Counted from the stretch's first letter, positions 31,701-38,754 are shown. The stretch: 64,000 nt of DNA from a virus (IMGVR_UViG_3300023179_000042:1-64000), one strand, 5' to 3'. Notes: generated by a model from the sequence alone, not told the origin. Translations and numbers: made by a program.

Positions 31701-32908
31701 TGGAACAAGTCTTGAGTTTTATTAATTGGTTCAATACTGGTTGTACGAAGATCACTTCCCATTACAGAAGTGTAAGGTTTCATCTCAATTGGATTATCTT
31801 CTAGGTAATGTCCGGCACGAACTCGAATTTGTGTTCCTGGTTGGTATAACGGAGATTTAACAGCACCGCTGACCGTACGGCAAGCACGGCTTGGATCTTC
31901 CGAGGCACCGTCGTTGGTATCATCGCCGTCCATAGTAACCCATAAAACATTTGTTACAACCGGAGCGGTACCAATTGGCTTACGACCGTTTTTAACTCTT
32001 AGGTCACCAACTATTTCAGTAGTAGGATAACCATCTGAGCCGCCTGCTCCTGGGGCAATTCTAATACCGCTATCATTGTTTGTTAATAACTTTGTATAAA
32101 CATTATCTAGATAGGCATTTAAAAAGCTAGTCTGAGTATCACCAATAGCATAAGTACTACCAGTTGAGGCATAGATATTTGTAGCAGTGGTATCACCGCC
32201 AATATTGACATTTCCTACAATGCCTGCGCCGCCGTCGACAATTAAAGCACCTGTGTCGGTACTTACACTTTGAGTTGTTGCAGCAATAACAACTTTATCA
32301 ACAGTTAAAATACCTCGAGCAGGATTATATATCAATCCAGAAAAAGTGTTTGTAGCATGAACTGTACCAGTATTATCACTATATAGGTAGCTACCTACAT
32401 AGGTAGTGGTACTTGTATTATAAACTTGTACTCTGTTAGTAAAAACTGGATAAAAAACAGCATCGGTATTATTTGGTTGTACAATGGCCTGTACCGAAGT
32501 AGTAGCTTCGGCAACACGGCCATAAATGAATCCACCGACATTTAGATCTTTTTCAATACCAACACCGCCAGGAACATAGACAGCACCTATTACACGATTA
32601 TCAAATTGGTCGTAAATGCCTTCGGGCGGAGGAAATACTCCTTGCGTGCCAGTGCTAACTGTTGGATTGCCGACATTAGGAGCATTTAATTTAATACTTA
32701 TAGAAGAAGTATTGTAGTAATTTTTATTGGCCTCAAGACTACCACTTACTGTTTCGTTTCCAAAAACTCGAAGATTCCGTGAGACATCAAGAGCACCAAT
32801 GACATCAACATAAGGAGCATTGATAGCTATTCCACCATTGGGGCTAGCTATTTGTACCTTGCCACTACCTGTGTTGGTTGTTCTTGATCCTTTTACTCTT
32901 ATTGCCAT
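22712..32908 (-). CDS. Giant virion protein (3398 aa): split beta-helix scaffold carrying 15 phycobiliprotein-like (globin-like) CxRD repeats
   Basis: Beta-helix entry VLWVTMDGDDTNDG...RAGHYLEDNP...SDLR. There are 15 copies of Fx(Y/F)xxxxCxRD followed by a hydrophobic helix, usually ending DxxxG, at about 150-aa spacing. The C-terminal GGKVFFTSTDQNGDFRIG is paralogous to GGKIFFQTVDQSGDFRVG in the 3124-aa protein. Confidence 0.8.
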   Translation of the reverse strand: MAIRVKGSRTTNTGSGKVQIASPNGGIAINAPYVDVIGALDVSRNLRVFGNETVSGSLEANKNYYNTSSISIKLNAPNVGNPTVSTGTQGVFPPPEGIYDQFDNRVIGAVYVPGGVGIEKDLNVGGFIYGRVAEATTSVQAIVQPNNTDAVFYPVFTNRVQVYNTSTTTYVGSYLYSDNTGTVHATNTFSGLIYNPARGILTVDKVVIAATTQSVSTDTGALIVDGGAGIVGNVNIGGDTTATNIYASTGSTYAIGDTQTSFLNAYLDNVYTKLLTNNDSGIRIAPGAGGSDGYPTTEIVGDLRVKNGRKPIGTAPVVTNVLWVTMDGDDTNDGASEDPSRACRTVSGAVKSPLYQPGTQIRVRAGHYLEDNPIEMKPYTSVMGSDLRTTSIEPINKTQDLFHVNSGCYLAFMQMTNGRSGLLQGSYRPDLNRGAYATAFPTKTGADRIDLFHSPYIQNCTNQNGPWLIDGTMFLPAATVQVPKAVGLGDWEPNTSSIILTMTQGVPEQGMYINYGIQTADFFNARTLLLANKPFLQEQVVEFVEQTFNRGTFTYNTETCIRDANFIVDAVRYDAALGTNYNSVTAGNAYQRGNTSSQAVTSTEYIQTIAAIEYLKNQSAEIMAGNTVAVNRAKAGYAEIENILSGDSPSALYFTDPQGTDIQSYNVAAKNQLIANKEFIKQEITQWIQSQIDGNYAPFNNGFTYDSVKCARDVGYIVDALCYDILYGSNTSVLACARAYFVGATSQIPGEETATVAAFNHLKSVVANVVLGNLIIASPGVTITQDLGIYVSSGVLSTQCQSLISIITDAITAGNLNSLPSASLPSISWATAGIQNSFNALTSAQTSLIASMILYIDNTYAQFKFDHTKCARDTGLIVDGLAIDLLYNSTSESVFSGLQYWSQKNYTGDIQNELTTTTAAINYIKTIAASTVTAATNGTFGQIVTDRFTDIVNILNTSSLTVNDGSFQEWFTNALVSNGDASTVTNYVTAFNTLVDAKGTLIEQTISYINSGLDPFIYDAGKCYRDTGLIVDSVVQDLLFAGKSQSTFAGLQYWNQNNYVGAIGSEITTTTNAIAYVKSLAQKVILSDLTGTRYQSTVTQRTSLQVGTTTEQDTIAAEFDLILGILNTGTVGITNQIIPNGIVPSTTASIVNAFELLQANKYYIETEAVAYVEATKNAGFEYDKETCARDVGYMIDSVSFDLLYGGNKQAIQSGVYYYGYNSTSTAVANEIPQTVEAYNYIARLLPDIIQGRQITTTLYQNTVTQVILDGGSQIDVTDAVDRIEYIADIIQNGPSVAGPKQPISTIMSPDPLTKQAAQVLAANRAFIQAEVLAYVGTFKAFWYDQTKCRRDLGYMIDSVAFDLLHGGNKQSFKSGAYYFGYSDESTLSIGKEIPATTAAYNYIRELMVSVLKSQPVPVTRTVVPQDTSLLPATDYEIEAISQKIDIITSIIRNGPSAAPDQEPINLDVNADQMVGHAYNIIKANRTFIVAEVIAYLDATLSTFTYNKAKCFRDVGILVENVSYDTTFGGNEKSVQSGLAYYNGAVSAIAGQETQTVSAIDYLNYLCQKVVKNEVCPNLLGNRATYQQVINTVLTNGETTVRNINNNFNIITNIISNGTDAAPKIYVSPGPDAAFVSAETLMQANRQFIQQQTINYINWNLSQKQFPYSEVKCARDIGRVLEAVSLDLLYPTTGTSQTTFAGIQYWNQSDYITPIIKEEINQTISAVKYLKDTAVKVIQNITPTVDLVPRYQTATIQVTTLEAATIDEAAFISKDFDVLIGILEGDTLGWTDRIEANGEASNLTGVYNAVALLAANKQYLADEINAYIQTTLPGFVYSTSTCARDVGYIIDSISFDLIHGGNKQAVQSGLYYYGVDGNQSAIPTEIPQTIDAFNRLAALASQVVQNIVVTATYQTVYKQNTSITPASAAEGAEVIRLLATLTNIINNGPTVAAPLSPISLTASTLTNVYNAYEILKANTEFLKAEVIEYIDAKYNPNSFQYNEELCYRDTGLIIDAVSQDILVGGNSKSIEAGVSYWNEGYNHVAGQESTTTLALNYARDIALKIVGNEPVDVITGTTVKQVINPYFQYGGDYMPRQAIRRNFFIITNIIENGLPVVPPLYQGGSIYAATGQLADDVRIPPRVTSVVKLDQDVYRVGINTSTVGFGVDSVIYLGEVPTYPLNDQQVEQLSYEYSGSTSTWNGRKIDPIGGMGGSLVDGANISDRSPIQSFVYDAFTQVTQGGHGVKITNNGYAQLVSVFTIFCSIGVQVDNGGIASIVNSNANFGDICLQAKGFGKRAFSGTIYNPPYVAYPKSPGPNGLDQYYPNGFWPNNAQVQVFLPDTIDRPHISLIMEVEPDEGHTNEQNLPYFLNAAPNTGTLTTGSITITVSDTDGINIGDYIYIRDINNSTKGGDGVEIVTTGSTFVTDVSYKTVTLNTPLTSGGGDPTNPNFYNLYFCGKAYYTVLSSTVADNPRNTGTNILSLANTVTDQVAAHIAAIQYLNTLTDLVIANRDVSAELGLYQELVFPTITPQVFKPLVTGGGQAAPFIDLRFSETNRIIGEPTTSAEAEALFPSSLRTKTGTIPQGAGSAITLIEANLDFLASEVSAYVQVTNNQTPFDYDRNICRRDSNYIITGTIYDVVLGTNYNTVASGLAYRRGIPSSQMVTSTELVQTLEAIRFIKDQSAISLNIDNTAVDRANTAYDNLIEIIDSGNIPTVTFTNPTGGNANELNAKDQLQTNKTFIQAEVTGWIQDQIDSGLGIWRSFTYSEEKCFRDVGFIVDALCYDILYGGNSATDICARAYFTFAVSTIPGESSQTVAAYNHLSTIAQQIIRGQIVTRSSGNTYTQSLEGSFASATEASTLDTLVQTITDVIEAGSLTGLPAVVYPDITWAAAGLQNAVIQLEADQDTIVNDTIDYIDNTFAGGFSYDRNICRRDTGYIIDGISYDSALGTNFNAITCGNAYRRGIASSQVVIANELPQTLEAYRYLKNRSEEIMTASTVAKNRATTSYVELNSIIEGNDPSLVTFTDPVTTNTNVIYAKDQLIANKAFIQEEIINWIQAQIDGDIGDFNGFTYDSAKCSRDVGYIIDALCYDVLYGGNSASLNCAKAYFSFAVSTIPGESSQTVEAYQRLSIVVQQVVQGVPVTVSPGNTISQDTGGAYASTLEATLLDGLLNITINAITAGNLDNLPTLVNPDITWTAPTVQVAVAALQANRATLIENVITFIDVNFTRSFTYDDDKCRRDVKLLLRRLIYDLESGGRYNSVMNGLSYWSRNGTHHLVQLGENVRRTDLFPDSCLVNFYQRSYISASGYVFEYVGAGITYGALPQVGYADPVQGKETVQLSGGKVFFTSTDQNGDFRIGPGLVISQATGVLSGRTFTKSLFANLTPFILAIEGGGV

Positions 32909-32926
32909 TTTTCCAATCCTTTAGAG

Positions 32927-32934
32927 TATTTATT
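32927..32934 (-). promoter_or_regulatory. T4-type late promoter variant (AATAAATA)
   Basis: Upstream of the 3398-aa gene. Confidence 0.6.
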
Positions 32935-32938
32935 GGTT

Positions 32939-33445
32939 TTAGTGGATTCGAACTTCGATGCCTCTGATGAACATTCCATCTCTATGAGGAAAGTGAGGAT
33001 GCGATTGAAATCTCATTAATAATCCAAAGCTACTGTTAATATCTTGCTGACTAATTGTTTCTAAACCCCAAAGATCCGTTGAACTGCCGTAAGTTTTGAT
33101 AGGATCTAGATTTAAGGTGGCTTTGTTTTCGCTAACAACTTGATCATTGATAACAAGTTGAACTGTTTCATCTGTGACACGCCCTCGCCTGTCTGTCGTT
33201 AAAACAACTTCAATTCCATTTATAGTATCAGGAATAGAAGAAAAATCAAATCCTTGAACTTTAAGATAATATGTTTTATTTCTTAGATCTGTTTTTGGAC
33301 TTCGTGCTAGGTGTGACAGTACTCCTTGTGTACCTATTTTTACTTGACTGTTAAATTTTGTTTCATCCCACCGAATATGTACGCTTTCACCGCCTTCTTC
33401 AGCATATTGATAAAATGTGGTTGGAAATTTTGAAACCATAGTCAT
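32939..33445 (-). CDS. Hypothetical protein (168 aa), probable beta-sandwich structural protein
   Basis: Intact ORF with a late-promoter motif upstream. Contains GFDFSSIPDTINGIEV and TYGSSTDLWG motifs. Confidence 0.65.
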   Translation of the reverse strand: MTMVSKFPTTFYQYAEEGGESVHIRWDETKFNSQVKIGTQGVLSHLARSPKTDLRNKTYYLKVQGFDFSSIPDTINGIEVVLTTDRRGRVTDETVQLVINDQVVSENKATLNLDPIKTYGSSTDLWGLETISQQDINSSFGLLMRFQSHPHFPHRDGMFIRGIEVRIH

Positions 33446-33450
33446 ACCAA

Positions 33451-33458
33451 TATTTACC
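33451..33458 (-). promoter_or_regulatory. T4-type late promoter variant (GGTAAATA)
   Basis: Downstream of the terminator and upstream of the 168-aa gene. Confidence 0.55.
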
Positions 33459-33483
33459 TAAACTATAAAGTGCGTATTCATTG

Positions 33484-33509
33484 AAAAAGGCCCCGAAGAG
33501 CCTTTTTTT
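33484..33509 (-). terminator. Rho-independent terminator with a C(UUCG)G tetraloop, possibly bidirectional
   Basis: Minus strand reads aaaaaaaGGCTC-TTCG-GGGCCttttt, downstream of the 229-aa gene. Confidence 0.85.
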
Positions 33510-33524
33510 CATTACTAATATAAA

Positions 33525-34214
33525 TTAAGTATTAGCCAAGGTAACAACAGTACCGGTAGCCGATGCTAAAGTCCAGCCTGTTTGTACGCCATCGCTAACT
33601 AAGTAAGCAGTAGACATTGAACGTCGTTTAACTCTTACTTTATGAGCTGTTAGTTTAGTCACCCAGTATGTGCTTCCGTTATAATCCGTAGCAATGATAT
33701 TCATTGTTCCAGGAATCAATGTATTGGTAGCAGTTAATTTACACTGGCCAGTTCCGTCGGCATTCTGAACTAGGTATCGACGACTTGATTCTTGTTTAAT
33801 AATATCGCCACCAGTGCGACTTTGAGAAGCACTTGGTAGATATGAACTCAACGACAATGCATTTTGTCTATTAGACGTTAAAGTGATTGTAAATGTAGCA
33901 GTTGTACCTGTTGTGCCACCTGTAACTGTTGCGGTAGGTGCTGATGTGTAACCAGATCCAGCTGTTAACAAAGTAACAGTTGCTACCTGACCAAATGCGT
34001 TGGTTGTTACTCGACCAGTAGGGGCAGCTCCACCAGTAATATTAGGTGCTGTAAAAGTTAGACCAATAGTTGTAGAAGTAGTATATAAAGTACCGGTGTT
34101 ATTTTTAGCAATTGTGGCTACACCTTCGCCGCCAACACCGCTACCTTGACTTACACTACCGTAGTCAGGTAAATTTAAGTTACCAAAAAATTTCTTTTTA
34201 ATCGGACGTCCCAT
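33525..34214 (-). CDS. Conserved structural protein downstream of the major capsid gene (possible head decoration or appendage protein, 229 aa)
   Basis: MGRPIKKKFFG start with a strong SD (aaggag). Contains the GSGYTSAPTATVTGG repeat motif and IIKQESSRRYLV. It has its own late promoter and terminator. Confidence 0.7.
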   Translation of the reverse strand: MGRPIKKKFFGNLNLPDYGSVSQGSGVGGEGVATIAKNNTGTLYTTSTTIGLTFTAPNITGGAAPTGRVTTNAFGQVATVTLLTAGSGYTSAPTATVTGGTTGTTATFTITLTSNRQNALSLSSYLPSASQSRTGGDIIKQESSRRYLVQNADGTGQCKLTATNTLIPGTMNIIATDYNGSTYWVTKLTAHKVRVKRRSMSTAYLVSDGVQTGWTLASATGTVVTLANT

Positions 34215-34292
34215 TTTGTTTCTCCTTTAAAATAAACTAGCAGATTCTATCTGCTACGCGGCGGGGACCGCATAATATAAACATAGATACTT

Positions 34293-34300
34293 TATTTAAC
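34293..34300 (-). promoter_or_regulatory. T4-type late promoter variant (GTTAAATA)
   Basis: Immediately after the capsid-gene terminator and upstream of the 229-aa gene. Confidence 0.6.
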
Positions 34301-34323
34301 AAAAAACCCGCCGAAGCGGGTTT
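34301..34323 (-). terminator. Rho-independent terminator after the major capsid gene
   Basis: Minus strand reads aaaCCCGC-TTCG-GCGGGtttttt (UUCG tetraloop and U tract). Confidence 0.9.
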
Positions 34324-34354
34324 GATGTTTGCTTTTTTAGGCAAGTTCCTCTGA

Positions 34355-35536
34355 TTAAGAGAAGCTTACGTTTGCGCTAGTAATAGCAACCTTGCCTAGG
34401 TAGTCAGCAGCGTTACCTAGAGAACTAGCTGTGTTGCTTAGTTCAATGTATCCGTAACGTGTTAAGAAACCAACTACTGGTTCAAAGGTTGTTGGGTCTA
34501 GAACAACACCAGAGCTCATTAGAGGAATATATGGGCAATAGAACGCAGCTGCATCAGCTTCGCTAGAACCCTTATAACCAATAAGAACTTGGCTGCTATC
34601 AAAGCCAGAATCGGCTAGATAGCTGTCAACATAGATTCTCATGGCGCCATTTAGTGTACCGACAAACTTGGTATTTGTTGGGGCTTCAAATGTACCTTCT
34701 GTTGTACGAGCAAATGCGCTTGTAGTAGCAGACTGAAGAATTGTTAGAGCTTGGTTAGAAACAACAGCCCAGTTACCAGCACCACGACGTGTACGCTGAG
34801 CAATCAAGTTGCTTACGCGGTTCATCTGGATGGCTAGAGCAGCGTGCTCATCACCAACGAATGTGGCTGTACCAGAAACTAGAGACTGGTCATATGTCTG
34901 CTCAACGCTAGCTAGACCACGGAGGCTGATAAGGATTTCTTGGTCGATTTCAGCTGTGATTTCTTGTGCTAGAGCAGCCATAATTTCTGCTTCAATATCA
35001 ATACCTTGTTGAGCTTGAGCATCTTGAGCAGCTTCGAATGTCCAGCGAGCAGATAACTTACGGCTCTTGGCTTCAACAGTCTGTTTCAAGATCTGGATGC
35101 TCATACGCTTTCCAGGCTGACCTTCCATAGCGGCTGTTGTGTTAGCCTTTGGACTTGTTGTGCTGTCATTGTTACCAGAATAACCAGCAGCAACCTTGAA
35201 TGGGCTTAGTGCTTCTTCACCAGCAATTACATTGTCTCCGCTATCAGCATAGCGAACACGCAAAGTGTGGATTTGAGCAACTGGGCCTGTCATTGGTTGA
35301 ACACCAACGATTTCGTTAGCAATAACGGTAGGCATTACACGGCGAATTACTGGAAGAATTACGCGGTTTAATGTTGCTACGTTACCGGCACTTGTAGCTC
35401 CTGCTGTGGCGCTTTCAACCAAGTGACGACGAGTGTTTTCTAGGCAGATGCCCATGGACGCACGACGGTTACCTTGTAGGCCTTCAAGCAGAGCATCTTT
35501 GGTCTCTGACCATCTTTCATTTAAAAGTTGTGACAT
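34355..35536 (-). CDS. gp23: Major capsid protein (T4 gp23-like)
   Basis: LPVIRRVMPTVIANEIVGVQPMTGPVAQI, KSRKLSARWTFEAAQD, EITAEIDQEI, FYCPYIPL and FEPVVGFLTRYG motifs. It follows the protease and scaffold genes. Confidence 0.97.
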   Translation of the reverse strand: MSQLLNERWSETKDALLEGLQGNRRASMGICLENTRRHLVESATAGATSAGNVATLNRVILPVIRRVMPTVIANEIVGVQPMTGPVAQIHTLRVRYADSGDNVIAGEEALSPFKVAAGYSGNNDSTTSPKANTTAAMEGQPGKRMSIQILKQTVEAKSRKLSARWTFEAAQDAQAQQGIDIEAEIMAALAQEITAEIDQEILISLRGLASVEQTYDQSLVSGTATFVGDEHAALAIQMNRVSNLIAQRTRRGAGNWAVVSNQALTILQSATTSAFARTTEGTFEAPTNTKFVGTLNGAMRIYVDSYLADSGFDSSQVLIGYKGSSEADAAAFYCPYIPLMSSGVVLDPTTFEPVVGFLTRYGYIELSNTASSLGNAADYLGKVAITSANVSFS

Positions 35537-35557
35537 TTTAGTTTGTCTCCTTGAATA

Positions 35558-36646
35558 TTATTTTGTTAATCCCGCCAACTTACGGATATCAACAATATTG
35601 TCTAAGCCTACCTCTGGCTTTGCTTCACGATCGCCAGTAACTACGGCACCTTCGGTTAACACGGTTTTCTTGCTAACTTTCTTGTCACCTTCCATTACTG
35701 CGGGTAGGTATTTCTCAAAAGATTCATTTAGTTTCTGTGTTGGAACGGATTCCAAAAGATCCTTCATGATGTCTCTCTTGTCAGCACTCAATGGTGCTAA
35801 CATTTCTGCCATTACAGACTTACGCTCCATTAGGTCTTTGGTAACGCGAATTTCGCGCTGTGCAGACTCTACCAATGTTGCTTTTTCAGCAATAGCTTGT
35901 TTTGCTTCAGATAATTCTTGCTCTTTTTTAGAAATAATCTTTAACAATTTACTTGTTTCGGATTTTTCATTTAGGAATGAAGCGCTGAACTCTTGGGCAA
36001 ATGCTTCATAAATGCGACGACCAAAATCATTGTTACGGCTGTTTTCAATGTCTTCTTTTAACTGACGAATTTCAGTTGTAAGTTTCTTTGTAACAGCAGT
36101 TTCAACAACCTTAGCACTACGCTTAATAAATGACTGTTTAATATCTTCAAATTTGCTCTTGGCTTCACGAACTAGCTTAACTTTAGTTGCAGCTAGGTCC
36201 TTTTTGTCTTGGGCAAATTCGTTGATCTCTTTGGCTAGAGCATGAACTACAAACTGCTCTAGCTTGTTGAAATTCTCACTGACTTTCTTACGATCGTTTT
36301 GGAATTCAACAAGCTCTTTTCCTAACTGCTTGATAACAAATCCTTCTAGCTTTTTACCGTCTTGCGCCATACGGGCTGCGTATTGTGCTTGGGCTTCGAC
36401 TAGAGCTTTTTTGTCTTCGTGCAATTCGGACATCTCTACGGCCAATCTGTCGCTTAACATCTTGTCGATTGCCTCAACCATAACAGTTTTGTCATGATTG
36501 TATTTTTGGGCAAATTCTTCACGAAGTTCTGCGGCTACTTGGTCGCGATTCTCTTGTAGTTTAGCAGCCAAGGCAGATTCTAATTCAGAACTTAGATCTT
36601 CTGAAATAGCACCGCTTTCTACTAATTTTTTGAATGCGTCCAACAT
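35558..36646 (-). CDS. gp22: Prohead core scaffolding protein (gp22-like)
   Basis: Coiled-coil and E/K-rich, with FGRRIYEAF. It lies between the protease and major capsid genes and ends in DIRKLAGL. Confidence 0.85.
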   Translation of the reverse strand: MLDAFKKLVESGAISEDLSSELESALAAKLQENRDQVAAELREEFAQKYNHDKTVMVEAIDKMLSDRLAVEMSELHEDKKALVEAQAQYAARMAQDGKKLEGFVIKQLGKELVEFQNDRKKVSENFNKLEQFVVHALAKEINEFAQDKKDLAATKVKLVREAKSKFEDIKQSFIKRSAKVVETAVTKKLTTEIRQLKEDIENSRNNDFGRRIYEAFAQEFSASFLNEKSETSKLLKIISKKEQELSEAKQAIAEKATLVESAQREIRVTKDLMERKSVMAEMLAPLSADKRDIMKDLLESVPTQKLNESFEKYLPAVMEGDKKVSKKTVLTEGAVVTGDREAKPEVGLDNIVDIRKLAGLTK

Positions 36647-36662
36647 CTATTTCTCCTCGGGC

Positions 36663-37292
36663 TTATTTTAGACCTTTAATAATTGAAAGAAGTGATTCCT
36701 TCAGATATTTTTGGGCCTTTGGATCTTCTTTTACTTCTTGCGCTACCTGTAATGCCTTATACCCTCTACGAGTATTCATAAGATGCTCGTAAACAGGTGT
36801 AGGATAAGCTCCCGGTGCGCTAGGCTGGGCAACTACATCTACCGTAATAATTTCAAAATCGGATACATGGCCGTTCATGTCGTTAACGTTTCCGCTACCA
36901 CGACTACTAACACCAAGTTTTACACCGCTTTCGAGCATAGTACGAACCAAATTGCCCATTGGTGTAGGAAGAATTTTCATCTTCCCATAACCGTTTGGAC
37001 CGTCCATCCACATTTGAGTAATCATATGGGATACACGATCCAAATTAACTTTTAAATCTTCTGGATGATCAACTTCACCTAACACGCTGTAACCATTTTG
37101 GATTTGATCGTTTAGTGTTTTCACAGCACGCTCAATTTCGTCTACAGGATAGATGCGTTGATTTGCGTTGCGAACACCACCTTGAATTGCAATTCCTTTA
37201 AGATAAAGATTTTTTCCATCTTTATCATCAGACTCAAGCATAACTTGAGCCTGATCAAAACTTAGTGTTTCGCGTAGGTAAGAATATTTCAT
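36663..37292 (-). CDS. gp21: Prohead protease (gp21-like)
   Basis: LYLKGIAIQGGVRNANQRIYP, LGEVDHP, LGVSSRGSG and DVVAQPSAPGAY motifs. Confidence 0.95.
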   Translation of the reverse strand: MKYSYLRETLSFDQAQVMLESDDKDGKNLYLKGIAIQGGVRNANQRIYPVDEIERAVKTLNDQIQNGYSVLGEVDHPEDLKVNLDRVSHMITQMWMDGPNGYGKMKILPTPMGNLVRTMLESGVKLGVSSRGSGNVNDMNGHVSDFEIITVDVVAQPSAPGAYPTPVYEHLMNTRRGYKALQVAQEVKEDPKAQKYLKESLLSIIKGLK

Positions 37293-37305
37293 CCAGATTC
37301 TCTAA

Positions 37306-38322
37306 TTACAATTTCTTGATTAGAGGGCCATCGTTACGAACGCTGGTTTGACCGGCCTTATCACCTGTACCAGAACCTACTGGACCTGGACCAGAACCTT
37401 TCTTCTCAGCACCGTGACCACCGGCTACTTTGCTTAGTGTCTTAACACCACTCTTAACGCCGTCTACATTGTGTAGACCTTTGGCAAACTTCTCACCAGA
37501 CTCAGGATTTACGCCTTTGCTTGGCTTGTTTGGGCTTGTGCCTGTGTTGCTGCCGCCTTCACCAGTAGCACCTTGTACTAGGTTCTTAGCGTTAGCGCCG
37601 CTCTGTGGCTTGCCACCAGGTTCTTTGTTAACAACACTCTTGCCTTCTGTAGAACCAGGCATTTTGTCACCTGTGTTAGCGCCTACAATTTGACCTTGTG
37701 TTTTTTGGCTGTTCTTTTCCCAGTCGTTACCAACTGTTTCACGGTATTCACGAGTGATACGCTTTTTGCTTTCCATTGCTGGTTGGCCCATCATTTCCAT
37801 CTCGTCTTCGCCGTCTTCTTCACCTTCTTCATCGCCAAACTCGGCGTAACCGGCTTCGGAACCTTGAGCTTTTTCTAGTTCAGCAAAAGCAGCTTCTAAT
37901 TCTTGAATAGCATTCTTGATATCAAAAATTGCCTGTTCTTCACCACCTTCTGCGTCGTCAGTAGCACCGATGTCTGCACCGAAATCGTCTGTAGCGTCAC
38001 CACCCATATCGTCTTCTTCGTCGTCACCGTCCATCATGTATGAATCTTCTAGATCCACACTTTCGTCGGCTTCTTCATCAGAAGACTCATCTAATTCTTC
38101 ATCGTCAGCAGACTCTTCCATTTCTTCATCGTCAGCAGACTCTTCCATTTCTTCATCGTCAGCAGACTCTTCCATTTCTTCATCGTCAGCTGCTTCTTCA
38201 GCAATTAGGGTTTCATAAATTTCGCGAGACTTTTCTACAACGATCTCATGGAAAAGCTCGTTGGCCTTTTCATGCTCTTCGTTCACAAGATAGTCTAGCA
38301 ATTGTTCAAATTTTGTTGACAT
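37306..38322 (-). CDS. Acidic prohead core/internal protein (positional analogue of gp67/gp68)
   Basis: The likely start is MSTKFEQ at 38322, with SD aaggag at 38333-38338; the ORF track extends to 38352. The N-half is D/E-rich and the C-half G/K-rich. It lies between portal and protease. Confidence 0.75.
   Translation of the reverse strand: MSTKFEQLLDYLVNEEHEKANELFHEIVVEKSREIYETLIAEEAADDEEMEESADDEEMEESADDEEMEESADDEELDESSDEEADESVDLEDSYMMDGDDEEDDMGGDATDDFGADIGATDDAEGGEEQAIFDIKNAIQELEAAFAELEKAQGSEAGYAEFGDEEGEEDGEDEMEMMGQPAMESKKRITREYRETVGNDWEKNSQKTQGQIVGANTGDKMPGSTEGKSVVNKEPGGKPQSGANAKNLVQGATGEGGSNTGTSPNKPSKGVNPESGEKFAKGLHNVDGVKSGVKTLSKVAGGHGAEKKGSGPGPVGSGTGDKAGQTSVRNDGPLIKKL
38095..38190. repeat. 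27-bp perfect tandem repeat (about 3.5 copies) encoding ADDEEMEES
   Basis: ttcttcatcgtcagcagactcttccat at 38095, 38122 and 38149, with a partial copy at 38176. Confidence 0.95.
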
Positions 38323-38366
38323 TTGCGTAATTCTCCTTATGGTTACAGGCAAAGTTTTGTGTTATG

Positions 38367-38374
38367 TATTTACA
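38367..38374 (-). promoter_or_regulatory. T4-type late promoter variant (TGTAAATA)
   Basis: Upstream of the core-protease-scaffold-capsid operon. A second candidate, CTTAAATA, lies at 38472-38479. Confidence 0.55.
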
Positions 38375-38508
38375 GAACTGGGAGAATTCATGCGCGAAAT
38401 AGGCGAAAAACAGTCAGTTTTCGCCTAAAAGATTTAGGATTGCCCTAAATTTTTTAACTTTTTGTCTAAAATATTTAAGTTTTAGATCTAGAAAGTTATA
38501 TTATCAGT

Positions 38509-38754
38509 TTAAGCAGGAGCCGCTTCAGCAGGCGGAGCGGCATACATCTTTCGAATTAATGCTAATTCTGCCTTGCGTTCTTTATCATGTGATTCGCCGG
38601 CCCTACGAATTTCATTTATCATTGCCAAGGTAACACGAGTTTTTCTTACATCTTTACGACGCAAGATACTAGTGTCATTTTGGCTCAAATAAGAATCATC
38701 TTCTTGTGGGCCAAGACTTTTACTGTCAAAATAAATGAATTCTCTTAATAGCAT
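38509..38754 (-). CDS. Small conserved head-module protein (81 aa)
   Basis: MLLREF...DVRKTRVTLAMINEIRRA...IRKMY. It lies directly downstream of the portal gene. Confidence 0.75.
   Translation of the reverse strand: MLLREFIYFDSKSLGPQEDDSYLSQNDTSILRRKDVRKTRVTLAMINEIRRAGESHDKERKAELALIRKMYAAPPAEAAPA

Noticed and set aside
22712-32908. Calling the CxRD protein a true phycobilisome gene (cpc/apc/apcE) or inferring a cyanobacterial host
   Set aside because: Similarity is motif-level and judged by eye, the X/Y helices and linker domains are absent, and no bilin synthesis or lyase genes are in the window. No gene symbol or host was assigned.
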